A DNA stretch of 63,696 nucleotides, the filler included, from Phoronis australis (Eukaryota; Animalia; Phoronida): the NCBI GenBank assembly GCA_002633005.1. It is 11 parts of 11 records of this genome, joined end to end, with 100 filler letters (N's around TTAATTAATTAA, not from the genome) between each part and the next. Parts side by side here need not be neighbours in the genome. Positions count along the whole stretch, not along the records: positions 1 to 13,955 come from NMRA01001214.1; 10 more parts are not named here. The stretch is one strand, 5' to 3'. This document shows, one piece after another, positions 1-12,333 of this stretch. The notes beneath the pieces were generated by a model. It had not been told where the DNA came from, ran no database searches, and saw nothing but the letters and a program-made list of their open reading frames with translations. The translations under genes were made by a program, and so were the position numbers. Each line of letters begins with the position of its first letter. The first letter of the stretch is position 1.

Positions 1-3000
1 ATGGAGCTAATGGACCATGGTTCACTTAAAGACCTGATAAGCAAAGTGGAGCTACCAGGTGGTATAAAAGTAAGTATTTTTGAGTGATCTCACAAATAAA
101 ATCAGAAATTATGTGGACTCATCACTGGTAGATGTTAAGACAGACGTGCTCCCAGTGCAGGTATTGTCTCGGGTGATTATTTTGCCCACTACAATAGGTA
201 AGATAAAGAAGTGGCGATTTGCAACCCAGGTATTGCATTTAGGGTTTTAAATCCTTGGTACTATACACTCAGGGGCAGTAACAGTCGGCAATACCTCGCT
301 GTCCTAAGTTTTGTGGACAGATTTCTAGAAATTTCTGGAAGATGTGTTTTCAGTGTTGCCAAATCATCATTTACCTTGTGTTGACAAGTAAAGACATTGT
401 CAGCATCATCTATGAGCCTTCCTTTATGGCCCGTCATTTCACAACATCTGTGAAGTTGGTTTCCCAACCGTAAGGTGATCAGAAACAGGGGAGGTGATTA
501 GTTTCCAGTTTTTGGAATAGCCTAATTACCGCCACCTCATTAGTTTCTGAAGGTGACTGCTTTAAGGATCCAAAATTTTCACCACAATCAACTCAGCTGG
601 TTCTGTTTAACTCATTCAGTACCAGCATCAAGTATGTTAGCTGCAAATTTATTGTCTTACACTTACTTTTTACAAAAAAAAACATAAATTTTTATCCGTT
701 AAGGCGAGTTGTGGACTGAAGTGAACTGTAGCTCAGCTCACAGCTCTGGCAAAATACTCACTTACCTGTTACTTACACTTGTGGTAAACAGCATAAATGT
801 GGTATATGCAGTTAGAATGAGCCAATGTGAGAGATTTGTTGTTGTCAGATGACATAGTGATTAATTTTCACTGGTTACCAAAGGTGATCAAGTAAGCATT
901 TGCCTCACTTCACCTGCATTCTGTGATTATTTATTCTGACCAGATAAATGAACTCCAACATGTGCCTGGTGAGGCAAAATCCTTGCACTTCATTTTGCTG
1001 CACATGTGAGATGAGTTACTTTTCATTTGAGGTGTGCGGTCTTCGTCTGCGCACGCCCTCATGGTATTGACTTTTATAGCAAATTTCTGAACCTTTGTTG
1101 TAGTTTAATCTTCATCGTGTCCATCGTTATTAGATATACAAATGATACCTTGTGTTCTTGGACTTTTGTCCTCTAGTACCCAGTCTTTGATTCTCATACA
1201 CGGACTGTGTACAACAGAACAGTGAGATGCTTTTACAAATCTTATTGTTGCAAACCCTTTTCATACGAACATGATATTAAGAATAAGTCCACGCATTCAG
1301 TCTATTTAAAATCGGTTCTGGCTATAGTCACTTAAACAGGGCTCGTGGATTTTGAGAGACAGTTTGATGTCCGTTATTCAAGGTAGAAAACTGGGGTCTC
1401 TGTAAGTTACTATTATCTGGCTCCAGTCCATTTCTAGTCTGCCTTTTGTAGAATTCCCATTGCATTGCAATAGTTATCTGAATGTTCAATTCAGGTAAAT
1501 GCCCTTGAGCTGCACCTACAGTACAAGAAAAAAGTAATCACAGTTTCCCGGTCAGGACTGCTTATTCAGTTAACAGACTGATTATAACAATTAGCCACCT
1601 TAATAATTGTTCTGTTAATTCCCCTTCATTCTTGGTCATGAGAGAAGGCCACTCTGACGGTGATTTTGGCTTGGCCCCAGTCGTCATGACAGAATTCCTG
1701 GTCATTTTGTGTGAATGCTGTTAACGTGTACTGTACATCAGATTCACTTGCACAAATCAGATTAAACGCGAGAGAGTTAAGATACACGGAGCCACTGAAA
1801 TTCTGATTGTTTATTGCTCAAGGGTATGCAGTTAACCTGGGCATGTACGATGGCACTATTGACGAATGGTGGTTATCTACTGAGACGTACACAGCTGTCT
1901 TAAAAAAAAGTTTTCATTATGCATTTAGTATACCGGTATAATGCTTTAGCTCATGGCTTTGTCACCACCATCTGAACTTGTTATTGTTGATATTTACGTC
2001 AGGTAGAAATGATGATGGACATCTCAAATGCCATGAATTACCTTCACCAGCACGGGCTCATACATGCTGACATGAAGCTAGCTAATATCATGATAGATGA
2101 CAGACTTCGAGCAAAGGTATGGTCATTGTCAAATTTGGCTTGCATTTCACGTGATGTGATGATCCACTGTTGTCATTTTTTCTGCAGTTTTAGCTCCACA
2201 GTTCCTAATACTGAGTTCCTGTGGAACCATATTCCACTGTTTACAAGTCCATTTCAATTTCCTTGGGTCTGTGGAAACATTCCAGAAATCGCCAGATCAG
2301 CACAGAATAACACTGCGTACGCGCGTTATTGAAAGGTGAGGTGAACCTTGGTGGCACTTTCATGATTAGAAAACATCTGAATTAATCGTGGTTTTAGGAC
2401 GAACAGGGACACAAGGTAGCGCTTTGGCAGCCATTTTTAGATTTTTGACTTTGCGGAACGGCATAGCTATTCAGTGCTGCAGTTCCTGAAAGAATTTTCA
2501 GAAATTTAGTGTGTGGATCGAACTTGTCAAGCACTATCTGAATTGTGACACACATTTTCCGCTACTACTTACTGTTCTTGAGTGATTCGAGGTTGTCCTA
2601 GAACTCTTCTTCAGTTGATTGACTTATTATGCTGTTGATCTCGGGACTTCCCTTGAAATTACTTTTTGAAGTTTGTTATGTATGGACAGACCTCATCAAT
2701 TCCTATCCGCAAGCTGTATCTCACTCTTACTTACCATTCTCGAGTTACTGGAGATTTACTGATCCGATGACTATTTCTTTATTGATCTATTCCTTGCTGC
2801 TCTTTGGTTGGTATATCATACACGAGCTACACGTCACCTTTTTCATCTGATTGGCATGAAATTTAAACACAACTTATATTTAGTGAAAAACGCGAGGCCT
2901 ATTGTCTTAGGTTGAAATTGAACTTATGATGGCTCTGTGATGGCATTTTTTGAATGATTATTTGCAGTACTCTAATGTAATCTTCTGAAATTTGGTATGC

Positions 3001-6000
3001 AGATAGATCCAATCAACTGAGTGTTATCATAAGTGTGTAACCCGTTTCTTTGAGGACTTTTAATTCTCGAGTAATTCGAAATTTCCTGGTTTGATGTCTG
3101 CTCTTTTATTGACGGATTTGTCAGCGTGTTGGGGTCATAATTGTTGGTGCCCTTGGTTTTGACATTGACTTCACCTCTAAGTGCTTGAGTCATACCTACC
3201 TATACGCTCCCGCGCTGTGGGGTGAGTTTCCCGATTTTGCTGATCGGGAACACTATTTAAAGCCATGTCGTTATCAGTTTGACAGTGATAGCAAGGGGAT
3301 AAGTTGACAAACCAATATTTCATGGTCCAGCTTTCTCATTGTCTGCACTTATTTGTTAAGTTCAAGTAATCCAGCAATTGCGTAGAAACTGACATGCTTG
3401 AAGTCCAACGTCAGTGTAGCTCCATGAGGGTAAAGTCAGTCCTTTGTGCAGTGAGCACCCACTCCCGACTTTTCAAAAAATTCCATTTTAACCGCCGTTG
3501 CTCGGCTTACCGCCCACCCCCTGTTTTTTTTTATTCCCATTTTAAGCGCCCTGGGCGGTAACCCAGACGAGTACGGTAGTATGTGGGGAGCTGACATTTT
3601 ACATGGCTACCATTAGATATTCGACTCACTCATTACAAACTGCAAACGGTAGAAGAATTGGTATTCCCCAAATTGAAAGAATTTGTAATATTTGCAATAC
3701 TGGAGATACTGAGAAAGAAGTGAATTTCATGTTACGGTTCTGTAATCCTGACAGATTTAAGAAATACATATGTTTGCACCATGTTGCCATCTCAGAAACA
3801 ATGGCATGTCTCTTTTAAATTCAAGGACAGTGTTTATTTTAAAACAACATTTCAGTGTTTATGCAAAGACCATTTATGATGAGAAGTGAAATACTGTGTA
3901 TGCAAGTTTGTATTTACTATTCTGTCTGAACGGTGGCCTTGTGGCCTCGTGCCCAAGATGTTGAGATTTTCCTGCGCTTCTCAACAAACCAGTTACTCTA
4001 ATTGTTTGATACTAAAAATGATCCCAAAATGTTGTCTTTATTGTTGTAAGTGTCAACATTTTCAGCTTCTCAAAGAGCTTTAATTATCTGTATTTTATTT
4101 TCTTTAGCTCGGTGACTTTGGTCTGGCTATGTTTCAAGGTTGCACCTCTGAGATGTCCAGTAGAGGGCACAGGCGTGGAACGTTGTCTCACATGGCTCCA
4201 GAACTTTTCCAACCAGAGCTGGCTGGATTGAATATATCAAAGAACTCCTTTGAGTGTGATGTTTGGAGGTAAGAACTGGTGTGTAGTACTGGGAAGAGTA
4301 ATCGGAGAAACTGAATACCCCTCATCCTGACAGGTCGTTCCACCTACTGTAATCAGGGCTTGGAATTTTCCGCGGAAACGCGGATTTCCGCTTTTTTGAA
4401 ATGTGCTTTCCACTTTTTTTATAATATTTCCACGTAAAAAAATCGGATTTGATATGAAATTTCTGCGGCAAATTCCTTTCTCACCGCAGCGTTGCAGACG
4501 ACGTTCACCTCGGAAAGCGGAAGTCTTTATGTTTCGGAGGAACGTAAATTGTCAACATTGCCGGGGGATCTGGGTAAAGCGTGGTCTGATTTTCAATGGC
4601 GGCTCGTGTTGTTGTTAAGCGCGGCTACAAATACTACTGCTCTGCAGCCAAATTTGTGTGGGTTGGGAGTGGACGGGCGAGCGAAAAGGACGCAGACGCA
4701 TGCTACTGATGGTGGTAACGTTTTTTTTTTTAGTCCTCCCGATTTTTGTCGCGGAAAGGTTCACATTGACCATTTCAAGGGCTGGTTATCGGGAATGATT
4801 TGGGCCGTAAAAGTTTCCGCGTTTTTTGTCATTGGTCATTCCAAGCCCTGCGTAATGGCGAATTTTGCCTGGTCTCAGTGGTTAGGAAGGAGTATTTTAG
4901 TTGCACTCAGCTGTCATGACAGGAAGTTCTTTTTTATTTTATCTGCTCATTTTTGACATGTCTTCAGCTACAGAGAATGGATTCCCTGTGACATGGTGTC
5001 ATTCTGTGACAAAATTTGTTAGCCTGGAATTCTGTGACATTTTGAGAATTCTGTGACATTTTGAGAATTCTGTGACAAAATGTGAACCAAGTGTTTTGTT
5101 AGGTTTACAATTACTTTGTGCTGTATCAAGTGGTGGTTCCTTTTTCACGAAATCTAAAGTTGTTTAATTCATCATTATCAGTTACAAATATTTTGTCTTG
5201 CATATGTGACAAACTCAAAGTGACCACACAATTTTCGTACAGATGGTCAAGTATGCCCGATAATCATGGTTCTGGGGAATCTTAGCATCTGGACACCCCT
5301 TAAGACGACAAGTGCACAATGCCTTAGGCTGTGGTAATAATTATTTCTATTGTTTTTTTCAGCTTTGGGATAACTTTATATGACTTGCTGCTGAATAAGA
5401 CACCATTTTCAGGTAAATTTTATGCCGATATGAGTTCTTAACAGTCACATGCATTGACCTTAATTTGTTGCACTAATACACTCTCTTGATGAAACTTGAC
5501 ACGGAGGTATGTGGGGAGAATGTGCCAGTGTGGTGAAAATGTGCCAGTATGGTGAGAATGTACCAGTGTGGTGAGAATGTGCCAGTGTGGTGAGAATGTG
5601 CCTGTGTGGTGAGAATGTGCCTGTGTGGTGAGAATGTGCCAGTGCCGTTTGATTTTCATCGACTGCTCGCCAGTCCAGCTTTCAACACGAAATTACTTGT
5701 CTCACCATTTTTGGCAAAACAAGTTGAAGGAATTTGCGTAAACTTGAAACCTAATTATGTGATGAGAATGGACTGACACCATGTCTTTTTTTGTATGGAA
5801 TCACATACCCTAGGACCCCCTATTGGCCATTTTACTTTTCAATCAAGTATTGCTTGTCCATCAATAATTGTCAAAATTATTTGACAGTTTTCCACAAAAT
5901 TTGACTTACTGGTAACGATATACAGTACACACCAAAGGTATTCAGAAAAAATGACTGGGAAATCCTGGAATTTCCTGTCAAGACCACTGGATGAAAGTTG

Positions 6001-9000
6001 AATTCATGGTCAAAGTAGCCGTCATAGCGGAGAAATGACGTTTTTTGTATATTTTGGTTTTGGTAAGGATACGCCGATACCAATAGAATGTGACATAGAC
6101 TTGATAGCGGTATCACACCCCCTGTTGGCTGTTTTAGTTTTTTTACTACATCCAATGTTTCCAGCCTGAAAGTGGCTTGCTAGAATTTCTTGGAACATGA
6201 CACAGTTACGATTGATATGCGGGGGCACAAGATGATTTTCAGACAGATTGGATTGCTGCTGCTCCCTAGTTGATCATTTAATTTTGATTGAGATGTTGCT
6301 GATTGTTTCCATCCTGGTATTAACACTTGTGGATAATAATTTAATTTCTGGTAGAGAGTCTGTGTTTAACGGCATTATATGATAGGAGGATGACATTTTT
6401 CATGACACTTGCTGTGAATCCCGTCTTTTTGCTTTCAAGCTTTCCTCCATTATACTTGTTGTAGGTCGTGCATCAGAAGAGGAGATAATAGTCCGCATGA
6501 TTCTGGGAAATAACAGAGTACGAGACATCTGCAAAGAGGATCTGGTTAACTGTGTACCAAAAATTTTAGGAGTGCTGGCTGTGTTGTGCGTAGAGTATAA
6601 ACCAGACAAACGATTGACATTTAGAGGTATTTGTAGTTTACGGATCTTCTCTTACAAACAAGTGAAAATGCGCAGGAATTTATATAATAAGGAAAAGTCA
6701 ATATTTTCTTCTTCTAGCCAATTTTTAGAGCATAACATTTCTTGAGCTGCCATGTTTTTGCACTCTCATATTCATACATGGGTGCATTCTGCCATTATCC
6801 CATATGTCCGGCATCCGTTGCTGTGTCTCTGGCCTTCTTTACTGTTTTCGAGTCTTGTTATTTGGTGTCTGCCCCTCTGTCAACCAAACCATTCTAAGGA
6901 TGGTTATGGAAATTGGCATGTTTGTTCCTAAAATGTAAAGAGGAAGTCTGACGATGATTCTCTGCTGACTTCATATACTGTGGCACCTCTTAGTGGCAGT
7001 CACGTTTTTTGACCCCATAGCTTCCTAGTGGCAATTTCATATTTTTCGTTTTCCTCAGTTTCTCAGAAGTTCCTTCACGGATTTTTATGAAATTTGGTAA
7101 TAATAGCTTTGTTGACACATACTAGTTGTCAGATGGATTCGATGTATTTTGCGCCATCTAGTGGCTATTTTTACGTTCCAAATAAACACCCCTAGAAGCA
7201 CACCTTTTGCAGTGCATTTGTGGGCGCATGTCAATGCTCGCGTTGCTCTTGTTATTGTTTTTGTGTCTGTTGTTGTCTGCCTCCTTGTCTTACAAATTTC
7301 TTGAAGAATTGTGGTGAAAGGTTACAGGTGTGTTAATATTGTTGATAGCCTTTGTGATTTGCTTTACGCCTTCTAGATGCCATTATTAAATTTACTCTGA
7401 ACATTGCTTTAAGTGGAAATGTTTAAAATAATGATCATCTCTTGTATCTGCACAATGGGTGCATATCAACGTAAATTTTATAGTAATTCATCTCGGTTAC
7501 ACTCTTTGCCTATGGTAAACTCTTCATTTGCGTTCCCTCTTATGTAAATTGTGTGTCATTTCTTGCCTTCGAAAATGCAGTGGATAGTTTTTGGGAACTA
7601 ACTGATGCTGAATCCATTCTGTGACTTTATAATCGTTGTAAAGAATTTCACATTACTATTCAACCTTGCCAGGTTAATCAATTGGTCTGTTTTATGTGTA
7701 GTAAGATATTCAAGTGTATGGTTGCTTAGTCATGTAACCACTGGATAGAAATCTTTTAAAATTTCATAATTCATGTCCAGCTGCTTCCTACTGCGTCTTA
7801 CATGTGCTTAAATATACTTGACTCAAACTTTTTGGACACTGTGAGAACTCTTTTTTTCAGTCATCTATGACTTTCTTTATAAAGACTATATAGACAACCA
7901 TAAACGGAGTCATGCAGAAGATGTATGTCAAGTTGTGCGTGCACTGGAGGTAGGTGTGGTATGGTTGAGACAGGAAATGGGTTTGCTTAGATTGTCATTG
8001 AATTTAATTTGTAATCCGCTGGTCGGAATCGGCATTTAGAAAAAAAAACACCTCAAAGTGTTTGGAGAGGAACTGCCGTTGTAGTAAATAAATGTGGCTT
8101 TTCTTGTTACTTTGCAGTTTTTTGTCTCAGTATGTTTCTCTATCATATTAGATTTGTTTGTCTGTTTGTTTCGTTGTTCATTTGTCAACATAAAATTTGC
8201 ACACTGTCCAGATTTTTTCTATTTTTCGAGTGCTCTAACGTTGTTGTGGCTGGTCACATTATTTCAAAACACTGTAACTACGTATGGCATTCATGGTATA
8301 GAACCTGGAACATTGAAAAATCTTACTATGGTAACATCTATCTTTTATGCGAAAATGATAAAATAATGTTATCTTTGTCAGTCATATTGTGTCTTAAGTT
8401 GGTGTGATTATACTGCATTCTATTATGAATATTAATTGAATGTACGTAACAAGTAACAATTTCTTTTCAATTTCAAAAAGGAAAGCATTAGTGATCCATC
8501 AACATGTTCAAGAGACTCCTTGGATAATGATATGGCAGAAGAACACCATGAAGGTACAGAAGAATCATTGGTATTTTTGTTCTTCAGTTGATTAGAATGA
8601 AGGGTCTTTTTTCTAGCAAAATGGACTCGCTTTACTGTGACTTATGAAGTGTGCATTGCCATATTCTGATTACATGATTGTGACGAGGTTTTTTCAGAAC
8701 ATAAGGTACCTAGCAAACACTGAGAGACAACACGAATGTTTTATTAGTTCAGGCACTTCCTAACATATGTCACTACCAGTTTCACTCTGTGCATTAAAAA
8801 CTTCAAGATATAATAAGCATTAAATGTAAGTGTTATCATGCTTTTATAGAAAATGAAATGGGATGCGAGATGGTCTTCTACTGAAATAACAAATTTAATA
8901 ACCTTTCCATTTCAAGTACCGGAGATCCAGAGAGAACTGGAAGGGCTTCATCATCTAATTGCCACTATGAACTTACAGAACAAAGAGAATTTTGAACGTA

Positions 9001-9731
9001 TACAAAAGCAGATTATTGATGTCCAGGCTTTCCAAATAAAACAGAAAAATAAGCTTGAAGTCATGGAGACGCGGATTGCCAAGGTTCACATTTCTCAAGC
9101 ACACCAACATGGGGAGAAGCCTGATGCCATGAAGATGCAGATTACTGGAGTTCAAATGTCTCAAGCACAACAACAGAGCGAGGAGCCTAATGCCTCGAAG
9201 ATGCAGGTAACCGATGTTCAGACGTCTCAAGCACAACGGGGTGAGGAGCTTGACGTTACGCAGACTCAGAATACCGAGGTTCAGAGTTCTCAAGCGCAAC
9301 AACAGAGTGAGAAGCTTGAACCCTCTCCTATTCATAATAATAAGCTTAAGCTTCAAGGGCAGCCTCTCAATGACTCAATAGAACAATTAACTGTCCAGCA
9401 GCCATCACAGTTGTTGCAACAAGAGGTTGACAATGAATCATCAACTCGTACACCCAAGCAAAATAAACTAGTAAAGCACTGGAACCTTTTTCTCAGTAAC
9501 TTAATTGCCATTGATGTTACGGATTACTTGTTCCAAGAGAACATTTTGACCTTTGATGATTGTCAAAGAGTAGAAAGAGAGGGAGTGACTGATCGAGATA
9601 AAGCCCGAAATCTTCTCAAGTTGCTTCTGACTAAGGGTGATAAGGCAATAGACGTGTTGTGCCTAGCTGTGAGAAAAGAGAGTCAAGGCTTTTTAGCTGA
9701 TGCACTTGAGGATGATGAAACTAGTGAATAA
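1..9731 (+). CDS. RIP-kinase-like non-RD Ser/Thr kinase with C-terminal CARD (RIPK2-like architecture), 5'-partial. Exons 1-69, 2003-2116, 4108-4268, 5363-5412, 6465-6626, 7861-7949, 8481-8553, 8917-9731
   Basis: All seven introns are GT-AG and phase-compatible (0,0,2,1,1,0,1). The spliced product reads MELMDHGSL (hinge)...AMNYLHQHGLIHADMKLANIMID (VIb)...LGDFGLA (VII)...GTLSHMAPE (VIII)...DVWSFGITLYDLL..TPFSG (IX)...C..YKPDKRLTF (XI), then an acidic segment, Gln-rich repeats and a CARD-like C-terminus. Stop TAA at 9729-9731. Subdomains I-IV are absent, so they lie upstream of the window. Confidence 0.88.
3470..3576. mobile_element. Partial Tc1/mariner-type MITE related to the 60529-60687 copy
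   Basis: Ends ...GACGAGTACGG followed by TA, and shares CGCCCTGGGCGG and TTAACCGCC.TGCTCGG.TA.CGCC with the intact copy at 60.5 kb. Confidence 0.5.
3590..3880 (+). mobile_element. 3' fragment of a non-LTR retrotransposon ORF2 (C-terminal zinc-knuckle region)
   Basis: IRYSTHSLQTANGRRIGIPQIERICNICNTGDTEKEVNFML resembles the R.S.H.L.IE.GR...IP..ERIC..C....EDE.HF.L.C tail of CR1/L2/RTE-X-type LINEs. Confidence 0.65.
4354..4850. mobile_element. MITE with CAGGGCTTGGAAT termini (hAT-like), in a kinase intron
   Basis: Perfect 13-bp TIR CAGGGCTTGGAAT (4354) / ATTCCAAGCCCTG (ends 4850). Flanks TGTAAT / CGTAAT form a 6-bp duplication with one mismatch. Repeated TTCCGCG/CGCGGAA subterminal motifs. Confidence 0.75.
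4978..5080. repeat. Short degenerate tandem repeat (ATTCTGTGACA core)
   Basis: About 5 copies of (att)CTGTGACA, including GAATTCTGTGACATTTT(T)GA units. Confidence 0.6.
5508..5643. repeat. Minisatellite, 19-bp unit GTGTGGTGAGAATGTGCCA, about 7 copies
   Basis: Read directly; it explains the repetitive spurious ORF 5438-5659. Confidence 0.9.
6756..7253 (+). mobile_element. Internally deleted DINE-1/Helentron-associated (HINE) element, copy 1
   Basis: Degenerate 5' end homologous to 30279 and 43957. Shared 3' block AAATAAA..CCC.A.AAGCACACC...TGCATT.GTGGGCGCAT, then hairpin CAATGCTCGCGTTG and CTCTTGTT. Confidence 0.7.
8985..9320 (+). repeat. Coding tandem repeat, about 5 units of 63-66 bp (21-22 aa, Gln-rich) in the kinase-CARD linker
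   Basis: TCTCAAGC recurs at 9093, 9159, 9225 and 9288. Peptide units: SQAHQHGEKPDAMKMQITGVQM / SQAQQQSEEPNASKMQVTDVQT / SQAQRGEELDVTQTQNTEVQS / SQAQQQSEKLE. Confidence 0.85.
9459..9710 (+). other. CARD (death-fold) domain coding segment in the last exon of the kinase gene
   Basis: QNKLVKHWNLFLSNLIAIDVTDYLFQENILTFDDCQRVEREGVTDRDKARNLLKLLLTKGDKAIDVLCLAVRKESQGFLADALE matches the CARD pattern (L..L...V.D.L....ILT..D...I.....T..DKAR.LL..L..KG..A...F..AL....Q..LA..L). Confidence 0.88.
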
Positions 9732-12333
9732 TTGGTGGTTCTGTGGTTTCAACCTCTTGTTAAACTTCCATTATGCTTTTGCATTCATTTTTCAAAAGCT
9801 TTAGATGGGGTCACTTGCAAAGCTGTTATAGCTGGTCTTGAGTCTAAAAGAAATTAGAAGACTTGCACTTATGAAACTGATCTTAACTGGTTTCATAACT
9901 CTAAATAGAGGTAATTTCTGGGCTTGAAATCAAACAAATCAAATTATGTTTTTTATTGCTCGAGACGAGTTGTCAAATCTTGCTAAGCCCATTAACACTT
10001 CTTTTGGTGAAGCATAATTTGAGACCAATTTCACAGTGATCAAAATAGTCAAAATGGTAAATTCCCTTTTTTCACACAAATAGATTTACTGTAGCTTTAA
10101 AGTAACAGAATACTTCATTATTACTAATTATTCAGCGGAGCATTTCAAACGTCAGTATCAATGGTTAGACCTGTACATTATGATTCATTCAGGTGAATTA
10201 CTAGATGCAAAAAAATTATAAATCACAAGTTCCAGAAGTTGTGATGTATATTTCTTGTCCACCAAAGAAGTTATTTATTCTTCAAGCTGTTGCTGGTCAT
10301 AGAATGATATTATGTTCATAGAAGTAAAGCCTTTGCTGGCTGTAATCATATGACATTTTTATAAATTTTGTGACTTTTACTTTTATTGGTATAACTTTCA
10401 CATACTTGACCATTTTTGCATGAAGCTGTCTGATAGAATACTGTTCATGTTTTTAGTAGCTGCGGAGCATTTTGTAGAATTTTTTGCAAACTCTGTTGTC
10501 TACCACAAGGGGATAGTTGAACAGTGTTCGTTTTGTCAGTGGTATTCACTGCTTAAGTAGCAATTCTTGGTAATCATGGATTGGAATTTTCCTTTAATCA
10601 TGTGCCTAAAGCCTATGCCTTTTTAACTGTGGCATTCTATTCATGGGAGAAAAATGTGACTTGTGATATCAAGCCAAGTGCAAGTGTCCTAGACTGTAGC
10701 TGGTTAGCACAACCTATTTTAATGTGGATATTAACGTTAAGTTATGGTTTCTGCCTTAAGGTTAAAGATAGGTTTGTTATCCTGCTAGTGTTAAAAATCG
10801 TAGTATTTTACTTTTATAACAATGTTCGTGTTTAGATGGTGGACATTGGTTTGTTGACCTGAAATATTTGAGATGCAAAACATTAAAATCTAATCCTAAT
10901 GAAATAATGGAGATGGAGGTGAGCCGATTCGTTTATTTCCACATCAAATGTTAGCCTTCATTTTTGGAAATAAATCAGTGTTCTTACTTGTTGCCTTGTT
11001 ATTTATAAATTATGACGTTGGGAACGCGGAACAATGTCATCAACCAATCATTAGTAAACACAGATGTCAATCTTTAGTAGTCTTGTGATACCTTGTATAC
11101 TTTACTCTTCATGTTTTGCCCTCAGAAAATGAGCTGGAAACTAGCCGTAGGCTGCCTTTTTATCCTTCAAATTCGGTCTTGGAATTTGCACCTAAGTAGC
11201 ACCAGTTAAAATCGCTTGAGAAAATCGCTGGGCTGGCCAATCATTGCTTTAAAACTAGGAACCAGTGTACTGTTTTCTAGCTTAAAAGTTTGAAAAGTTC
11301 GTGGCAGCTTGTAGCTCAATTCCAAGTGAATTTGTAATCGAAATTGATAAGGAAGTGAAGTGCGGACTGCAGTGCTACTTGAAACCAATTTGTATGCGTT
11401 TAAGTGTAGAAAACCGTAAGAGATTTGGAGGTAGGAGTTGCACTGACTCGGCTGAGACGTTGATTTCACACGTAACAATTAGCTACTGAATATTTCCTCC
11501 ACAAGGTGGATCCGTGGAGGCCTTTGCTGTTTTATGAAAGGCCAACCAGCTAATGCTAGCTGCAGCACGGATTAAGATGAAAATTTCGCGGACGAAGGTT
11601 GGCAGATACCAACTCGTTTTTTCAACTTTGTGCGCGAACGTATTAAAAACGAAGAAGACAACTGAAATTTCAAAAATTCGTTAAGTCAGGTTTTAAGAGT
11701 AGAAATAAATGGTTACAGAATTTTTCAGCGGCACTTTAGGTAACTTTTCCAGAGTTGCCAAAGCAACTCTTTATACGACACTCAAATTTCCTGCGTAAAC
11801 ATACATCGTCACCAGCTACCGGAGATGAAAAGGAAACCGGGATCCTAGGCGAAATCGGAGGTCACAGTATGACGAAATACAAGTACAAGGAAAAGATATA
11901 ATAATGACCAATAAATGATGGGCAACAAAAAAGCAAAGGTACGAGAAAGTGCCAAAATGAGGGAAGAGGCTGGGTAAAATCACAGGTGCTCGAATTTGAC
12001 TCATAACCAAAATATTGTTTGCAGAAAATCAGTTTCAGTATTTAGGTTATCTATTTGGTGCGGTTACTGATACCGATAATATCATTGTCATGTGTTAACA
12101 CAAGTATCCGATTCCACACATGTGGTTTAACAAAGCCAGGCATGTTTTGCTGAACCACCTATGTCTTAAAGAACATAACTTTCATTTCACCAAGGTGCTT
12201 TAAAAGCCTGAAAGTCTGGTTTAATTTGGCCTGGGAGTGAGTTTTAGTAAGCCAGGTTAGAGTTCATTAACGCCAGGACCAACTAGAAAAGCAAGACTTC
12301 TGTTACCCGCTTATTGCATCAATGACGTCAACC

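Noticed and set aside
1-69. ATG at position 1 as the true kinase start
   Set aside because: MELMDHGSL is the hinge (subdomain V). The Gly-rich loop and VAIK lysine should be in upstream sequence, so this is probably an internal Met.
4492-4956. 154-aa ORF in a kinase intron
   Set aside because: It lies mostly within a MITE and has no recognisable domain.
8853-8916. N-terminus of the 292-aa ORF as a standalone CARD protein
   Set aside because: A phase-matched acceptor ending at 8916 links it to the kinase exons, so the first 21 codons are probably intronic. A CARD-only isoform is not excluded.
9120-9170. MQITG as a RHIM motif
   Set aside because: It does not match the (I/V)Q(I/V/L)G core and lacks the following N.M/N.L pattern.
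8973-9356. Antisense Leu-rich ORF
   Set aside because: Shadow of the Gln/Glu-rich coding repeat on the plus strand.
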